From NCBI GenBank assembly GCA_036495465.1, contig DASXMV010000037.1, forward strand, positions 1 through 60,370: a stretch of DNA of 60,370 nt, given 5' to 3'. This document shows, piece by piece, positions 47,169-56,500 of this stretch. Under the pieces are notes generated by a model that was not told the origin of the DNA, made no database searches, and worked only from the letters and a program-made list of their open reading frames with translations. Source of the DNA: Candidatus Udaeobacter sp. GTDB lineage: Bacteria > Verrucomicrobiota > Verrucomicrobiia > Chthoniobacterales > UBA10450. Position 1 is the stretch's first letter. Every line of letters begins with the position of its first letter. The position numbers and the translations under genes are program-made.

Positions 47169-48735
47169 ATCCCTTGAAAAGCGGATGCGGTTTATTCGGC
47201 TTGCTTTGAAATTCCGGGTGATATTGGCAGCCAACAAAATAGGGATGATCACGAAGTTCGATCAATTCTGCCAGCGTTCCATCTGGTGACGTGCCGGAGA
47301 TGACGAACCCTTTGTCGTTCATCCGGTCCCGATATTTCATATTGAACTCGTATCGGTGGCGATGGCGTTCCATGACTTCGGTACTGCCGTAAATCTTTTC
47401 TGCCAGCGTGCCTTTGGTGATTTTCGTCGGCCAGGTGCCCAGGCGCATGCTGGCGCCCATATTCTTAACACCCCGCTGTTCTTCCAGCAGCGAGATCACC
47501 GGTTCTTTTGTGTTTTTGTCGAACTCGGTGCTGTTGGCGTCCTTGATGCCGCAGGCGTTCCGCACAAACTCGATCGTCGCCACCTGCATCCCAAGACAAA
47601 GCCCAAGAAATGGAATCTTGTGTTCGCGCGCAAAACGGGCAGCATTGATTTTCCCTTCGATGCCGCGAACCCCAAAGCCGCCGGGAATCAAAACGCCAGA
47701 CACATCTGTTAACTGGTTACTAACGCCGTCTTGCAACGATTCGGCATCGATCAACTCCAGCTCGATCCCGCAATCTTCGCTAGCCGCCGCGTGCGTGAGC
47801 GACTCGTAAATACTCTTGTACGCGTCTCGAACATCGATGTATTTGCCGATGACAGCGATTTTGACCCGTTTCTCGGGGTTGATAACGCGCTTCACAAAAT
47901 TCTTCCATTCAGCCAGCTCGGGCTCCCGTGTTTTCAATCCCAAAAAATCGCATACCAACTGATCCAATCCCTCCGCGTGAAGTGTCAGCGGCACTTCGTA
48001 GATCGTGTGCGCGACATCGCGTTCTTCGATTACGGCCTTTTCCGCAACGCTGCAGAACATTGAGAGCTTTTGCCGTAGATCGAGATCGAGCATCCGCTCA
48101 GTACGGCAAATCAAGACCTGGGGTTGCAACCCAATCTCACGCAGCTTGGCTACACTCTGCTGAGTGGGTTTCGTCTTCAGTTCGTGCGCGGCCTTGATGT
48201 ACGGAACGAGCGTGACGTGCATGTTCACGACGTTGTGCGTTCCGACTTCCAGGATGAATTGGCGAATCGCCTCTAAAAATGGCAGACCCTCAATATCTCC
48301 GGTGGTGCCCCCGATTTCGGTGATGACCACATCGTATTTACTCTCGTCAGAAATTTCGCGAATGCGTGCTTTGATAACGTCGGTGACATGAGGAATCACC
48401 TGTACGGTTTTACCGAGATAATCGCCGCGCCGTTCCTTCAAAATGACCGATTCGTAGACTTGACCACTAGTGAGATTGTTGTGCCGCGTTAGCACACAAT
48501 TTGTGAATCGCTCGTAGTGGCCGAGGTCAAGATCGGTCTCGGCACCGTCGTCCAGCACGTAAACCTCGCCGTGCTGGAAGGGATTCATCGTGCCGGGATC
48601 CACGTTCAAATACGGATCGAATTTTTGGAGAACCACCCGGAGGCCACGCGCTTCGAGAAGTGTTCCCAGGGAGGCCGCAGTCAGTCCTTTCCCGAGGGAA
48701 CTGATGACGCCGCCGGTGATGAAAATGTATTTCAC
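47065..48735 (-). CDS. pyrG: CTP synthase
   Basis: 556 aa. 'MKYIFITGGVISSLGKG' and the GATase triad region 'PFLGLCLGMQ' ... 'GCQYHPEF' are present. The C-terminal tail is about 20 aa longer than E. coli PyrG and overlaps the tsaC 3' end. Confidence 0.96.
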   Translation of the reverse strand: MKYIFITGGVISSLGKGLTAASLGTLLEARGLRVVLQKFDPYLNVDPGTMNPFQHGEVYVLDDGAETDLDLGHYERFTNCVLTRHNNLTSGQVYESVILKERRGDYLGKTVQVIPHVTDVIKARIREISDESKYDVVITEIGGTTGDIEGLPFLEAIRQFILEVGTHNVVNMHVTLVPYIKAAHELKTKPTQQSVAKLREIGLQPQVLICRTERMLDLDLRQKLSMFCSVAEKAVIEERDVAHTIYEVPLTLHAEGLDQLVCDFLGLKTREPELAEWKNFVKRVINPEKRVKIAVIGKYIDVRDAYKSIYESLTHAAASEDCGIELELIDAESLQDGVSNQLTDVSGVLIPGGFGVRGIEGKINAARFAREHKIPFLGLCLGMQVATIEFVRNACGIKDANSTEFDKNTKEPVISLLEEQRGVKNMGASMRLGTWPTKITKGTLAEKIYGSTEVMERHRHRYEFNMKYRDRMNDKGFVISGTSPDGTLAELIELRDHPYFVGCQYHPEFQSKPNKPHPLFKGFIHACLEFQNHATRASADQGSPRRFPEQELVLQR

Positions 48736-49517
48736 GAGCGGATTATCCGGTTGGCGCGGGCAAGTTTTTGCTCCAGCGCCGTCGCGTCTTCGGGGGTGTC
48801 AATGCCGGGAGATCCTGCAGCAGTAATGAGCACATGAACCTTTACACCATTTTCTAATGCGCGCAATTGCTCGAGCGATTCCGCGCGTTCCAGCGGAGTC
48901 GGTTTCCACTTCACAAATTGAAGCAGCGTTGGACGTCGAAACCCGTAAATGCCCTGGTGCCGAAGAAACAAAGAGTTATGGGTACGGTGCCGGCGAGAAG
49001 CCGGAATCGTCGGGCTATTGTCCCGCGGAGTTGGGATTGCTGCGCGCGAGAAATAAAGAGCATTACCGCGGCAATCGAGAACGACTTTCACTTGATGGGG
49101 GGAAAAAGCGTCTGCCGGAATCTCGAACGGGTGCGCAGCCGTCACCATTTTCAATTTGCGATCAGAGCGCAATTTTTCGACGAGCTTATCAATCAAGCGC
49201 GGATCGATCAGCGGTTCATCACCTTGGATGTTGATTACGTATTCGAAACGGTTCGTTTTCAGCGCTACCTCAGCCACCCGATTGGTGCCACTGCGGTGTT
49301 TCGGGGAAGTCAGGGCTACCTCTGCGCCCCACTCAAAGGCCGTGGAGGCGATCCGCATGTCGTCGGTGGCGATGACTACCAAATCCAGCCTCTTAGCTCG
49401 TTGGCAGCGTTCCCATACGTGTTTTAAAAGGGGTTTTCCGGCAATGGGATGCAGTGGTTTGCCAGGAAATCGCGTGGAACCCCACCGCGCGGGAATGATT
49501 CCGACCGCCTTACTCAT
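48732..49517 (-). CDS. kdsB: 3-deoxy-manno-octulosonate cytidylyltransferase (CMP-Kdo synthetase)
   Basis: 'GIIPARWGSTRFPGKPL', 'VIATDD' and 'NIQGDEPLI' are present. I prefer the ATG at 49517 over the TTG at 49532. It has a 4-nt overlap with pyrG. Confidence 0.9.
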   Translation of the reverse strand: MSKAVGIIPARWGSTRFPGKPLHPIAGKPLLKHVWERCQRAKRLDLVVIATDDMRIASTAFEWGAEVALTSPKHRSGTNRVAEVALKTNRFEYVINIQGDEPLIDPRLIDKLVEKLRSDRKLKMVTAAHPFEIPADAFSPHQVKVVLDCRGNALYFSRAAIPTPRDNSPTIPASRRHRTHNSLFLRHQGIYGFRRPTLLQFVKWKPTPLERAESLEQLRALENGVKVHVLITAAGSPGIDTPEDATALEQKLARANRIIRS

Positions 49518-49532
49518 GTGAGGGATCGGCAA

Positions 49533-50069
49533 TCATCGCTCGCGGTCTAAAATAATGCGCACCGCGGCTGGTAAATCCTTGGCAACCCAATCCGCAGCGC
49601 TGCCATCGATCTCGCGGTCAAACCCGGTTTGAACACGAATTGTTCGTACCCCGGCATTGCGTCCGCACTCCACGTCGATCTCCTTGTCGCCAACAAAAAA
49701 GGAACGCGTCAGATCGATTCCATGTTCTCGCATGGCCTCTAAAACCATTCCAGGCGATGGCTTTCGGTGACTGGAATGCTGACCGGGAACATCCGGACAA
49801 AAATAAGTTCCATCGAGCAAGTCATGGCCCAGTTGGCGCGAAACTTCCGATTCAACAGCGCGATATTCGTCGACAGTGAAGAAGCCGCGGCCGATGCCGC
49901 TTTGGTTCGTAATAACAATGAGTTTAAATCCGTGTGATTTCAAAAGCCGTAAGGCTTCGGAAACGCCGGGAAATACCTTCACCTGTTTTGGATGGGAACA
50001 GTAATCCGCATCCTCAATGATTGTGCCGTCGCGGTCGATAAAAACGGCGGCCGACAATTCACTAGCCAC
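49533..50069 (-). CDS. gmhB: D-glycero-D-manno-heptose 1,7-bisphosphate phosphatase (HAD-IIIA)
   Basis: 'AVFIDRDGTII', 'VITNQSGIGRG', 'RKPSPGM' and 'VGDKEIDVECGRNAG' are HAD motifs I-IV in GmhB-type spacing. It has a GTG start. Confidence 0.85.
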   Translation of the reverse strand: MASELSAAVFIDRDGTIIEDADYCSHPKQVKVFPGVSEALRLLKSHGFKLIVITNQSGIGRGFFTVDEYRAVESEVSRQLGHDLLDGTYFCPDVPGQHSSHRKPSPGMVLEAMREHGIDLTRSFFVGDKEIDVECGRNAGVRTIRVQTGFDREIDGSAADWVAKDLPAAVRIILDRER

Positions 50070-51090
50070 GCTCGGATTCCTCCCGGAAACTGGTGATCAA
50101 TTCGTCTCGTGTCACTGTCGCCGTTCCGAGCTTGCTTACCACCACTGCGCTCGCGTGATTGGCCATTTCGGCTGCTTCGGTCGGTGTCGCTCCGCACGCG
50201 AGACCAAGGGTAAATAAAGCAATCGCGGTATCGCCTGCACCCGAGACATCGAAAACCTCACGCGCTTTGGTGGGAATATAGTGCGGCGTCTCTCTTTCCT
50301 GGAAAAGCATCATACCTTGTTCGCCCAGTGTGATGAGGACATTCTCTGTCTTCCATTTTTTCAGTAGCGTTTCACCAGTGCGTTTCAGATCAGGGTCCTG
50401 AGGCGGAGCGATGTCTGGATCGCTACTGGTAACACCAGCAGCATGGAAGGCTTCCGAGCGGTTCGGCTTGATCACCGTGAGCCCGCGCCATTCCACTAAA
50501 TTGCGCGGGTTGGGATCCGCAGCGACTATTTTGCCTGCTGACCGCGCGGGCTCTGCGATTTGCGTGACCAGATCCGTGGATAAAAAACCTTTACCATAGT
50601 CTTCAAAAATGATGGCGTCGGTTTCCGAAATATTCTTTCGAACGGCGACGGCGAGCTGTGCAATCTGAGAGGCCGACGGTCCGGCAAACTTTTCGCGATC
50701 GACACGAACGACTTGCTGATGGCGCGCAATGATCCGGGTTTTGACGATGGTCTGAAAGGCTGCCTCTTCGACCGCATTTGAAGTATCTATCTTTTGTTCG
50801 GAAAGTAATTCCCTGAGTTGCTGACCGCTGCGATCTTTGCCCAGCAGGCCTATGATCGCCACGCCCTCCGTGAATTCGCGGAGGTTGCGCGCGACGTTGG
50901 CAGCGCCTCCAGGGTAAAATGACTCCCCGGTCACCTCTACCACTGGGACCGGCGCCTCAGGCGAGATGCGTCCCACTTTCCCCCAGACAAATTCATCAAG
51001 CATCAGGTCCCCGATCACGGTAATCCGCCTGGAGGATGCGCGGTCGAGAATCTGCTCTAGCCGGTCTAGCTCCATGGAAAATACAGGCAT
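50062..51090 (-). CDS. hldA: D-beta-D-heptose 7-phosphate kinase (RfaE/HldE domain I only; PfkB family)
   Basis: 342 aa. 'VIGDLMLDEFVWGKVGRISPEAPVPVV', 'GGAANVARNL' and 'DVSGAGDTAIA' are present. There is no cytidylyltransferase-like domain II. Confidence 0.85.
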   Translation of the reverse strand: MPVFSMELDRLEQILDRASSRRITVIGDLMLDEFVWGKVGRISPEAPVPVVEVTGESFYPGGAANVARNLREFTEGVAIIGLLGKDRSGQQLRELLSEQKIDTSNAVEEAAFQTIVKTRIIARHQQVVRVDREKFAGPSASQIAQLAVAVRKNISETDAIIFEDYGKGFLSTDLVTQIAEPARSAGKIVAADPNPRNLVEWRGLTVIKPNRSEAFHAAGVTSSDPDIAPPQDPDLKRTGETLLKKWKTENVLITLGEQGMMLFQERETPHYIPTKAREVFDVSGAGDTAIALFTLGLACGATPTEAAEMANHASAVVVSKLGTATVTRDELITSFREESERG

Positions 51091-51231
51091 CCGCGCCGCA
51101 CGGGTAGTGAAATGTTTGGGTTAAGGCGATTCAAAATGTTTTGAGCAGGGATTTGTGTACGGCAGCGGTTTTGCTTAAGGTTCGCTTCATTAATCCTGAA
51201 CACGACCCCGAAATCAACACCGAAGCTCCCA

Positions 51232-52032
51232 ATGATATTGTTTAGTAAACATTCCAAGGCAATTGTGGCTGCGTTCTGTGCTATTGCTCCGTGTGCCCAT
51301 GGCGCGCAGGCTCCGCAGCACATCAATATTAACCAATTGTCCACGACTGTGGAAGACGTTGTGGTCCCTTTGCCGAATGAGATTTTCGGAGCATTGAACA
51401 AGCTCGGCATGGTCAATTGGAAGGAACATGTCCGCAGCGATAAGGGACCGAACTTCACCGAGCGACCGCGTATTGCCCTTTTGCTGGGGACGGTCATCGC
51501 AGATGGTTTTATCGCGGTGCAGGCGGAAGACGCAGGGGCGGTGAAGGATATTGGCCAACGGGTCCTGACGTTGGCGAAGGGAATCGGGGTCGGCAATTCG
51601 ATCACGCCGCATGCAAAGGCAATCATCGAAGCGGCCGATAAGCGTAACTGGGAAAATGTACGCCAGGAGCTTGATCGCACCCAAAACAGCGTGCAATCGG
51701 CAATGAATGAAGTGCACGACGAAAAATTGTCGCAGCTAGTCAGTCTAGGTGGTTGGCTAAGAGGCACGGAAGTATTGACCTCCGTGGTGAACCAACATTT
51801 TTCCAACGACGGCGCCGAGCTTTTGCATCAGCCTGACCTCCTCTCTTATTTTCAGACCAGACTAAAGGCAATGCCCGAGTTTGACCTTCCAATCATTCGC
51901 CAAATTGAAGACGCCCTGGTTCAAGTGAAGCCGCTAATTGACGTTGGCAACGCTCATATTCCTGCCGAATCAGTGAAGAAAGTGAACGAGATTACAACGC
52001 GTCTCGGCAATGGCATCGTCACAAAAGAATAG
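51232..52032 (+). CDS. hypothetical secreted, predominantly helical protein
   Basis: 266 aa with signal peptide 'KAIVAAFCAIAPCAHGA'. I recognise no motif. A 246-aa antisense ORF is judged spurious. Confidence 0.6.
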   Translation: MILFSKHSKAIVAAFCAIAPCAHGAQAPQHININQLSTTVEDVVVPLPNEIFGALNKLGMVNWKEHVRSDKGPNFTERPRIALLLGTVIADGFIAVQAEDAGAVKDIGQRVLTLAKGIGVGNSITPHAKAIIEAADKRNWENVRQELDRTQNSVQSAMNEVHDEKLSQLVSLGGWLRGTEVLTSVVNQHFSNDGAELLHQPDLLSYFQTRLKAMPEFDLPIIRQIEDALVQVKPLIDVGNAHIPAESVKKVNEITTRLGNGIVTKE

Positions 52033-52041
52033 GAAATTTCG

Positions 52042-52491
52042 ATGAACCGTTTCGCGAGAATTCTGTTACGCACCAGTTCTCTGCTGGCTGCCGTTGTCAT
52101 CATGGAGCGGACAAGCCTCGCTTCGGTGGATGACGCACAGTCATTTGCGCTTCAGGCCGCGGAACCCTATGTCAAACAAGGGTTTCAAGTGCGCGAGGAC
52201 TACTGGGGTGGTGACCTTGGCGCCGGGGAAAAAAAGGCGGTGCGGCAGCAATTGTTCAAGGGGAACGAGTATTGGTTCTGGCTGGGAACAGAAGTCGATA
52301 AAGCGAAGGTCTCCGTTCATATTTATGACTCGGACGGAAAACTGGCGGAAGAACCGGACAGCTGGGAAAAAGGGCATTTCGCGGCGGCTCACGTCATTCC
52401 AAAAACCACGGGCAGTTACTTTATCATCGTTAGCGTCGAACAATCGCCAGAGGAACGGACGCATTGGGCGCTGGTCTATGGTTTTCGGTAG
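52042..52491 (+). CDS. hypothetical small secreted protein
   Basis: 149 aa with signal-like 'ILLRTSSLLAAVVIMERTSLAS'. It starts 9 nt after the previous gene. I recognise no motif. Confidence 0.55.
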   Translation: MNRFARILLRTSSLLAAVVIMERTSLASVDDAQSFALQAAEPYVKQGFQVREDYWGGDLGAGEKKAVRQQLFKGNEYWFWLGTEVDKAKVSVHIYDSDGKLAEEPDSWEKGHFAAAHVIPKTTGSYFIIVSVEQSPEERTHWALVYGFR

Positions 52492-52565
52492 AGGCGGGAT
52501 AGGGTAGTGCCATTGAATCTTGGCCAATACTCGATCGCCAGGGACGCTGACGCCGCGAAACAATA

Positions 52566-53540
52566 ATGAGCGAGACGCGCACCCTCCAGTTTGAGAGTCC
52601 ACGCGCTTTGCAGTCGCTCTACGCCAACGACATTAAACTCTTGAAGAATCTTGAGGATTCACTTGGTGTGAGAGTGACCACTCGCGAAGGCTGGGTGAAA
52701 CTCGAAGGCGAGCCGGGCGGTATCGATAAAGCGCAGCACGTGTTCGAGCAGCTTGAGAAAGCGCGCAAACAGGGTGTGGACATTCAAAAACATGAATTCA
52801 ATTATGCGCTTAAGGCGGTGTCCGAGGATCGCGACGAAAACCTGGGCGAGGTTGTCTCGACCAAGATTACGACTTCTCCGCGTAAACCTCCGATCGTTGC
52901 CCGGACCGCAAACCAACGTGCCTACGTCGAGGCAATTCAAAAGCACGATGTTGTTTTTGGAATCGGCCCGGCTGGTACCGGAAAGACGTTTCTTGCGGTG
53001 GCTATGGCGGTGGCCGCGCTCAAAAAAGAGCAGGTGGCCCGGATCATCCTGACCCGTCCCGCCGTGGAAGCCGGGGAAGCGCTGGGTTTTCTCCCGGGCG
53101 ATCTGGAACAAAAAATTACGCCGTATCTGCGACCGCTTTACGACGCACTGCGTGAAATGTTAGAGTCAGAGGAAATGGAGCGCGCCATTGCGCGGCAAAG
53201 TATTGAGGTAGCTCCGCTGGCATATATGCGCGGGCGCACGTTGAATAATGCTTTTGTCATCCTCGATGAAGCGCAAAATACAACAACGGAACAGATGTTC
53301 ATGTTGCTGACACGCATCGGTTTGAATTCCAAATGCGTTGTAACCGGGGACGTCACACAGATCGATTTGCCCGCAAACAAACGCTCCGGGGTCGTGGAAG
53401 CTTTGCAGGCGCTAAAGGCCGTTCCCGGGATTGCTACTGTGTACTTTACAGAGCGGGACGTCGTGCGGCATGAATTGGTACGCGCCATTATTGGGGCTTA
53501 CCAGCAGCACCGCTCCCCGGCGCCATCGTCACGTAAATAA
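52566..53540 (+). CDS. phoH: PhoH-like ATPase (PhoH/YbeZ)
   Basis: 324 aa with an N-terminal KH-like region, Walker A 'GPAGTGKTFLAVA', 'ILTRPAVEAGE.LGFLPGDL' and Walker B 'FVILDEAQN'. Confidence 0.92.
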   Translation: MSETRTLQFESPRALQSLYANDIKLLKNLEDSLGVRVTTREGWVKLEGEPGGIDKAQHVFEQLEKARKQGVDIQKHEFNYALKAVSEDRDENLGEVVSTKITTSPRKPPIVARTANQRAYVEAIQKHDVVFGIGPAGTGKTFLAVAMAVAALKKEQVARIILTRPAVEAGEALGFLPGDLEQKITPYLRPLYDALREMLESEEMERAIARQSIEVAPLAYMRGRTLNNAFVILDEAQNTTTEQMFMLLTRIGLNSKCVVTGDVTQIDLPANKRSGVVEALQALKAVPGIATVYFTERDVVRHELVRAIIGAYQQHRSPAPSSRK

Positions 53541-53548
53541 AAAACGCC

Positions 53549-55195
53549 ATGTTCGATTTCTCCAAACGCGGAAGACTCATCAGACGTGGACTCGCTTCAC
53601 GCAAAACGCGGCGCCGCCGGGCGCGAAGCGAATTGAAACGCAGCCTGGAGTATTCGCCATTTGTTAAAGCTGCGATCTTTGCGGTGTTTGCTGGTGGACT
53701 GGCGTTTCTTGTTTTTAGCGGCCAGCAACCGGAGCCGACCAAGAATTTTATCATCGCTCTGCTGGTCCTGGGCACGGCAATTACTCAGTTGTGGATCAAC
53801 CAGCCGAAGAGCTTCTCGCGAAGCTCCCGGATCCTTTTGGTCTTTGGTGTTATTCTCCTGCAACTGGCCGTTACCAAACTGCTGCTCGTGCTTTGCAACA
53901 GCGGTAGCTATCGATTTCTAAGGCCGGAGATGGCGAGGTTGATCATGCCCTATGCCTTTGCCCCACTTGTGTTGAGTGTGTTATTGGGGCGACATCACGG
54001 GCTGTACGCCGCATTTTTTGTAAGCCTTTGGAGCAGCATGTTGTTTGGCCCAATTGACGCTCCACTGCTGGTAACGAGTCTGATCAGCGGATTTACAGCA
54101 GTGTCCCTCACGCTACAGGTCCGGCGGCGAGGTAATTTGATCCGCGCCGGATTCTGGGTGGGCCTCGCCATTTGGTTATTGTCTCTCACGTTTGGTTTAA
54201 TCGGGCCCATCAACTGGTTTTATCCCACGGCTAATGACTGGGGCTTGGTTGGATTGCAAAGCGCGCTCGCTGTCGGCAACGGAATCCTGACTGCCACTCT
54301 GGTTGGCGGCGCGCTCCCGATTCTTGAAAATCTGTTCGAAATCACAACGGATATTTCCTGGCTGGAAGCATCCGATTTGAACCATCCGTTGCTGCGACGT
54401 ATGACCATTGAAGCCCCCGGGACTTATCACCACAGCCTCGTAGTGGCCAATCTTGCAGAATCCGCGGCCGAAGCGATCGGTGCAAACGCAACGCTTTGCC
54501 GTGTGTGCGCTTATTTTCACGATGTCGGAAAACTGGTGAAGCCGGAGTACTTCACCGAAAACATGAGTTTTGAACGCAACCCACACGATGATCTCGCGCC
54601 GACCATGAGCGCGTTGATCATCATTGCGCACGTGAAAGAAGGCGTCGATCTGGCCCTGAAACACAAACTCAATCAACGCATCATCGACATTATTCAGGAA
54701 CATCACGGCACGTCACTGGTTCGTTATTTTTACCAGCGTGCCCTTCAACAGCATGAGGATGCCCGCGCGGGCGGAAAAATCATGAAACTCCGCGAAGACG
54801 ATATTCCAGATGTTAAGGAAGAGAGTTTTCGCTACGGCGGGCCAAAACCGCAGACGAAAGAAAGCGCCATCGTGAGTCTGGCTGACATGGTCGAAAGTGC
54901 CTCGCGGAGTCTCGAAAAACCAACGCCACAAAAGCTAGAAACGCTCGTGAACGAACTGATCGAGGAACGTATAAGCGACCGCCAACTGGACGATTGCGAT
55001 CTGACGCTGGGTGAGCTGAAAATTATCGCCGAGCGCTTCCGGTTCACGCTCATGATGATGCTGCACAGCCGAATCGCTTATCCAAAGCCGGGACAAAAAA
55101 CCACGACTTTCATCCCGCGCGACGAAACTGTGCGCCCGGATGTGATGGTTGCTGGCAGGAAACCCGAAAACGCTCCTCCCGTATCCGCCGCCTAG
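53549..55195 (+). CDS. 7-TM HD-domain (HDIG) membrane phosphohydrolase, PgpH/YqfF-like but lacking the N-terminal extracellular domain
   Basis: 548 aa with multiple TM helices, then 'GTYHHSLVVANLAESAAEAIGAN...FHDVGK' and 'IIQEHHG' HD/HDIG motifs. It follows phoH as in the conserved phoH-yqfF-ybeY arrangement. Confidence 0.8.
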   Translation: MFDFSKRGRLIRRGLASRKTRRRRARSELKRSLEYSPFVKAAIFAVFAGGLAFLVFSGQQPEPTKNFIIALLVLGTAITQLWINQPKSFSRSSRILLVFGVILLQLAVTKLLLVLCNSGSYRFLRPEMARLIMPYAFAPLVLSVLLGRHHGLYAAFFVSLWSSMLFGPIDAPLLVTSLISGFTAVSLTLQVRRRGNLIRAGFWVGLAIWLLSLTFGLIGPINWFYPTANDWGLVGLQSALAVGNGILTATLVGGALPILENLFEITTDISWLEASDLNHPLLRRMTIEAPGTYHHSLVVANLAESAAEAIGANATLCRVCAYFHDVGKLVKPEYFTENMSFERNPHDDLAPTMSALIIIAHVKEGVDLALKHKLNQRIIDIIQEHHGTSLVRYFYQRALQQHEDARAGGKIMKLREDDIPDVKEESFRYGGPKPQTKESAIVSLADMVESASRSLEKPTPQKLETLVNELIEERISDRQLDDCDLTLGELKIIAERFRFTLMMMLHSRIAYPKPGQKTTTFIPRDETVRPDVMVAGRKPENAPPVSAA

Positions 55196-55227
55196 TAGTT
55201 GGCGTAAGCGCTTGTCACGGATAAACC

Positions 55228-55803
55228 TTACAATTCCGGCGGACGTGCGCGCGGCTCGCGGTCTTTTGATGTGGCGGTGCTTGGCACAGTAACGAAAGGA
55301 CCGCCTTCTAGCGGCGTGACTTTGGTGAAAGCTACATCGGGCATTTCACTTGCGAGTCCTTCAAGCGGGAAATCCTTTCGTAACGGATAAAATGGGTAGC
55401 CGTCCCACATTAAGATACGACGAAGGTCGGGATGCCCGTTGAACTTGATTCCCATCATGTCGTAGATCTCGCGCTCGTGCCAATTGGCTGTTGGCCAGAT
55501 ATCGGAAACTGTGTCCACAGCGCCGGCTTCTTCCGGAACTTTTAGCTTTAGCCGCAGATGAACTGCGTGCGGCATCGAATAAAGATGGTAAACAATTTCA
55601 AAGCGCGGCTCTTCGCCAAAATTGTCGATACTGGTGACGTCGATCAGGTAATCGAACAAAAGTTCGTCACGGCAGAATTTCGCGATCTCGCGAAGATCAT
55701 TTGCCGTAATCGTATAACTCGTCTCGCCACGAAATTCCGTCTTCTCTCGGACTTTTTCTCCAAACGACTGGATGAGGGCGCCGAGCAATTCCTGTCCACT
55801 CAT
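55228..55803 (-). CDS. nuoC: NADH-quinone oxidoreductase subunit C
   Basis: 191 aa. 'FDYLIDVTSID', 'FEIVYHL' and 'ANWHEREIYDMMGIKFNGHPDLRRIL' are present. Confidence 0.9.
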   Translation of the reverse strand: MSGQELLGALIQSFGEKVREKTEFRGETSYTITANDLREIAKFCRDELLFDYLIDVTSIDNFGEEPRFEIVYHLYSMPHAVHLRLKLKVPEEAGAVDTVSDIWPTANWHEREIYDMMGIKFNGHPDLRRILMWDGYPFYPLRKDFPLEGLASEMPDVAFTKVTPLEGGPFVTVPSTATSKDREPRARPPEL

Positions 55804-55816
55804 CGGCCAGATGTCA

Positions 55817-56353
55817 TCATGTGAACGCTTCCTCCAGCCTTTCCGCCAATTCAGGTTTTTGATTTCTAAACGAGCGTTCCCGAGAAATTTTCTCCTGTAA
55901 TTTTATCAGGCCGGCAAGCAAAGCCTCGGGCCGCGGCGGACAGCCAGAAATGTAAACATCGACCGGAAGAAGCTGATCGATTCCCTGCAGCACCGCGTAG
56001 GAGCGGTACATCCCGCCGGTTGAAGCGCATGCGCCCATGGCGATCACCCATTTGGGCTCTGGCATTTGCTCATAAATCCGTTTCACCGCGAGCGCCATTT
56101 TGTAGGTGACAGTGCCGGCCACGATCATTACGTCGCATTGTCGCGGCGAAAAGCGCATAACCTCGGCGCCGAATCGGGCGATATCGAAGCGTGAAGCAGC
56201 CGCGGCCATCAACTCGATCGCGCAACAAGCCAGTCCCATCGGCATTGGCCAAAGCGAGTTTTTGCGCACCCAGTTGAGCGCAGCATCGAAGCGCGTAAAA
56301 ATCACGTTGCCTTCAATCTTTGAATCGTACGCTGTCGCGCGTGTTTCAGGCAT
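55817..56353 (-). CDS. nuoB: NADH-quinone oxidoreductase subunit B
   Basis: 178 aa. The N2 cluster ligand motifs 'GLACCAIE', 'MGACA' and 'GCPPRPE' are present. Confidence 0.93.
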   Translation of the reverse strand: MPETRATAYDSKIEGNVIFTRFDAALNWVRKNSLWPMPMGLACCAIELMAAAASRFDIARFGAEVMRFSPRQCDVMIVAGTVTYKMALAVKRIYEQMPEPKWVIAMGACASTGGMYRSYAVLQGIDQLLPVDVYISGCPPRPEALLAGLIKLQEKISRERSFRNQKPELAERLEEAFT

Positions 56354-56500
56354 GGTTTAAGGTTAAAATGGGGTTCAAAGCGCGCAAGCCGAATCCCGAA
56401 AGCTTATTTAGGTTGGGGCAATTGACCTCAATCGGCCGCTCGCTGATTATCATCACCCGTGAAGCGCGGTCGATTCAGGTGAACGGCCAGGCTGACAGAC

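Noticed and set aside
51066-51806. 246-aa minus-strand ORF (and the overlapping 167-aa ORF at 51214-51717) antisense to the 51232-52032 gene
   Set aside because: The composition is Cys/Ser/Thr/Arg-rich and looks like nonsense, with no motif, and the ORF overlaps the start of hldA. The plus-strand ORF has a signal peptide and normal composition, so this is probably a shadow ORF.
56354-56500. Possible nuoA upstream of nuoB, or a riboswitch upstream of cysD
   Set aside because: The 147-nt region is too short for nuoA (about 120 codons) and has no ORF. I recognise no conserved riboswitch core (SAM or others).
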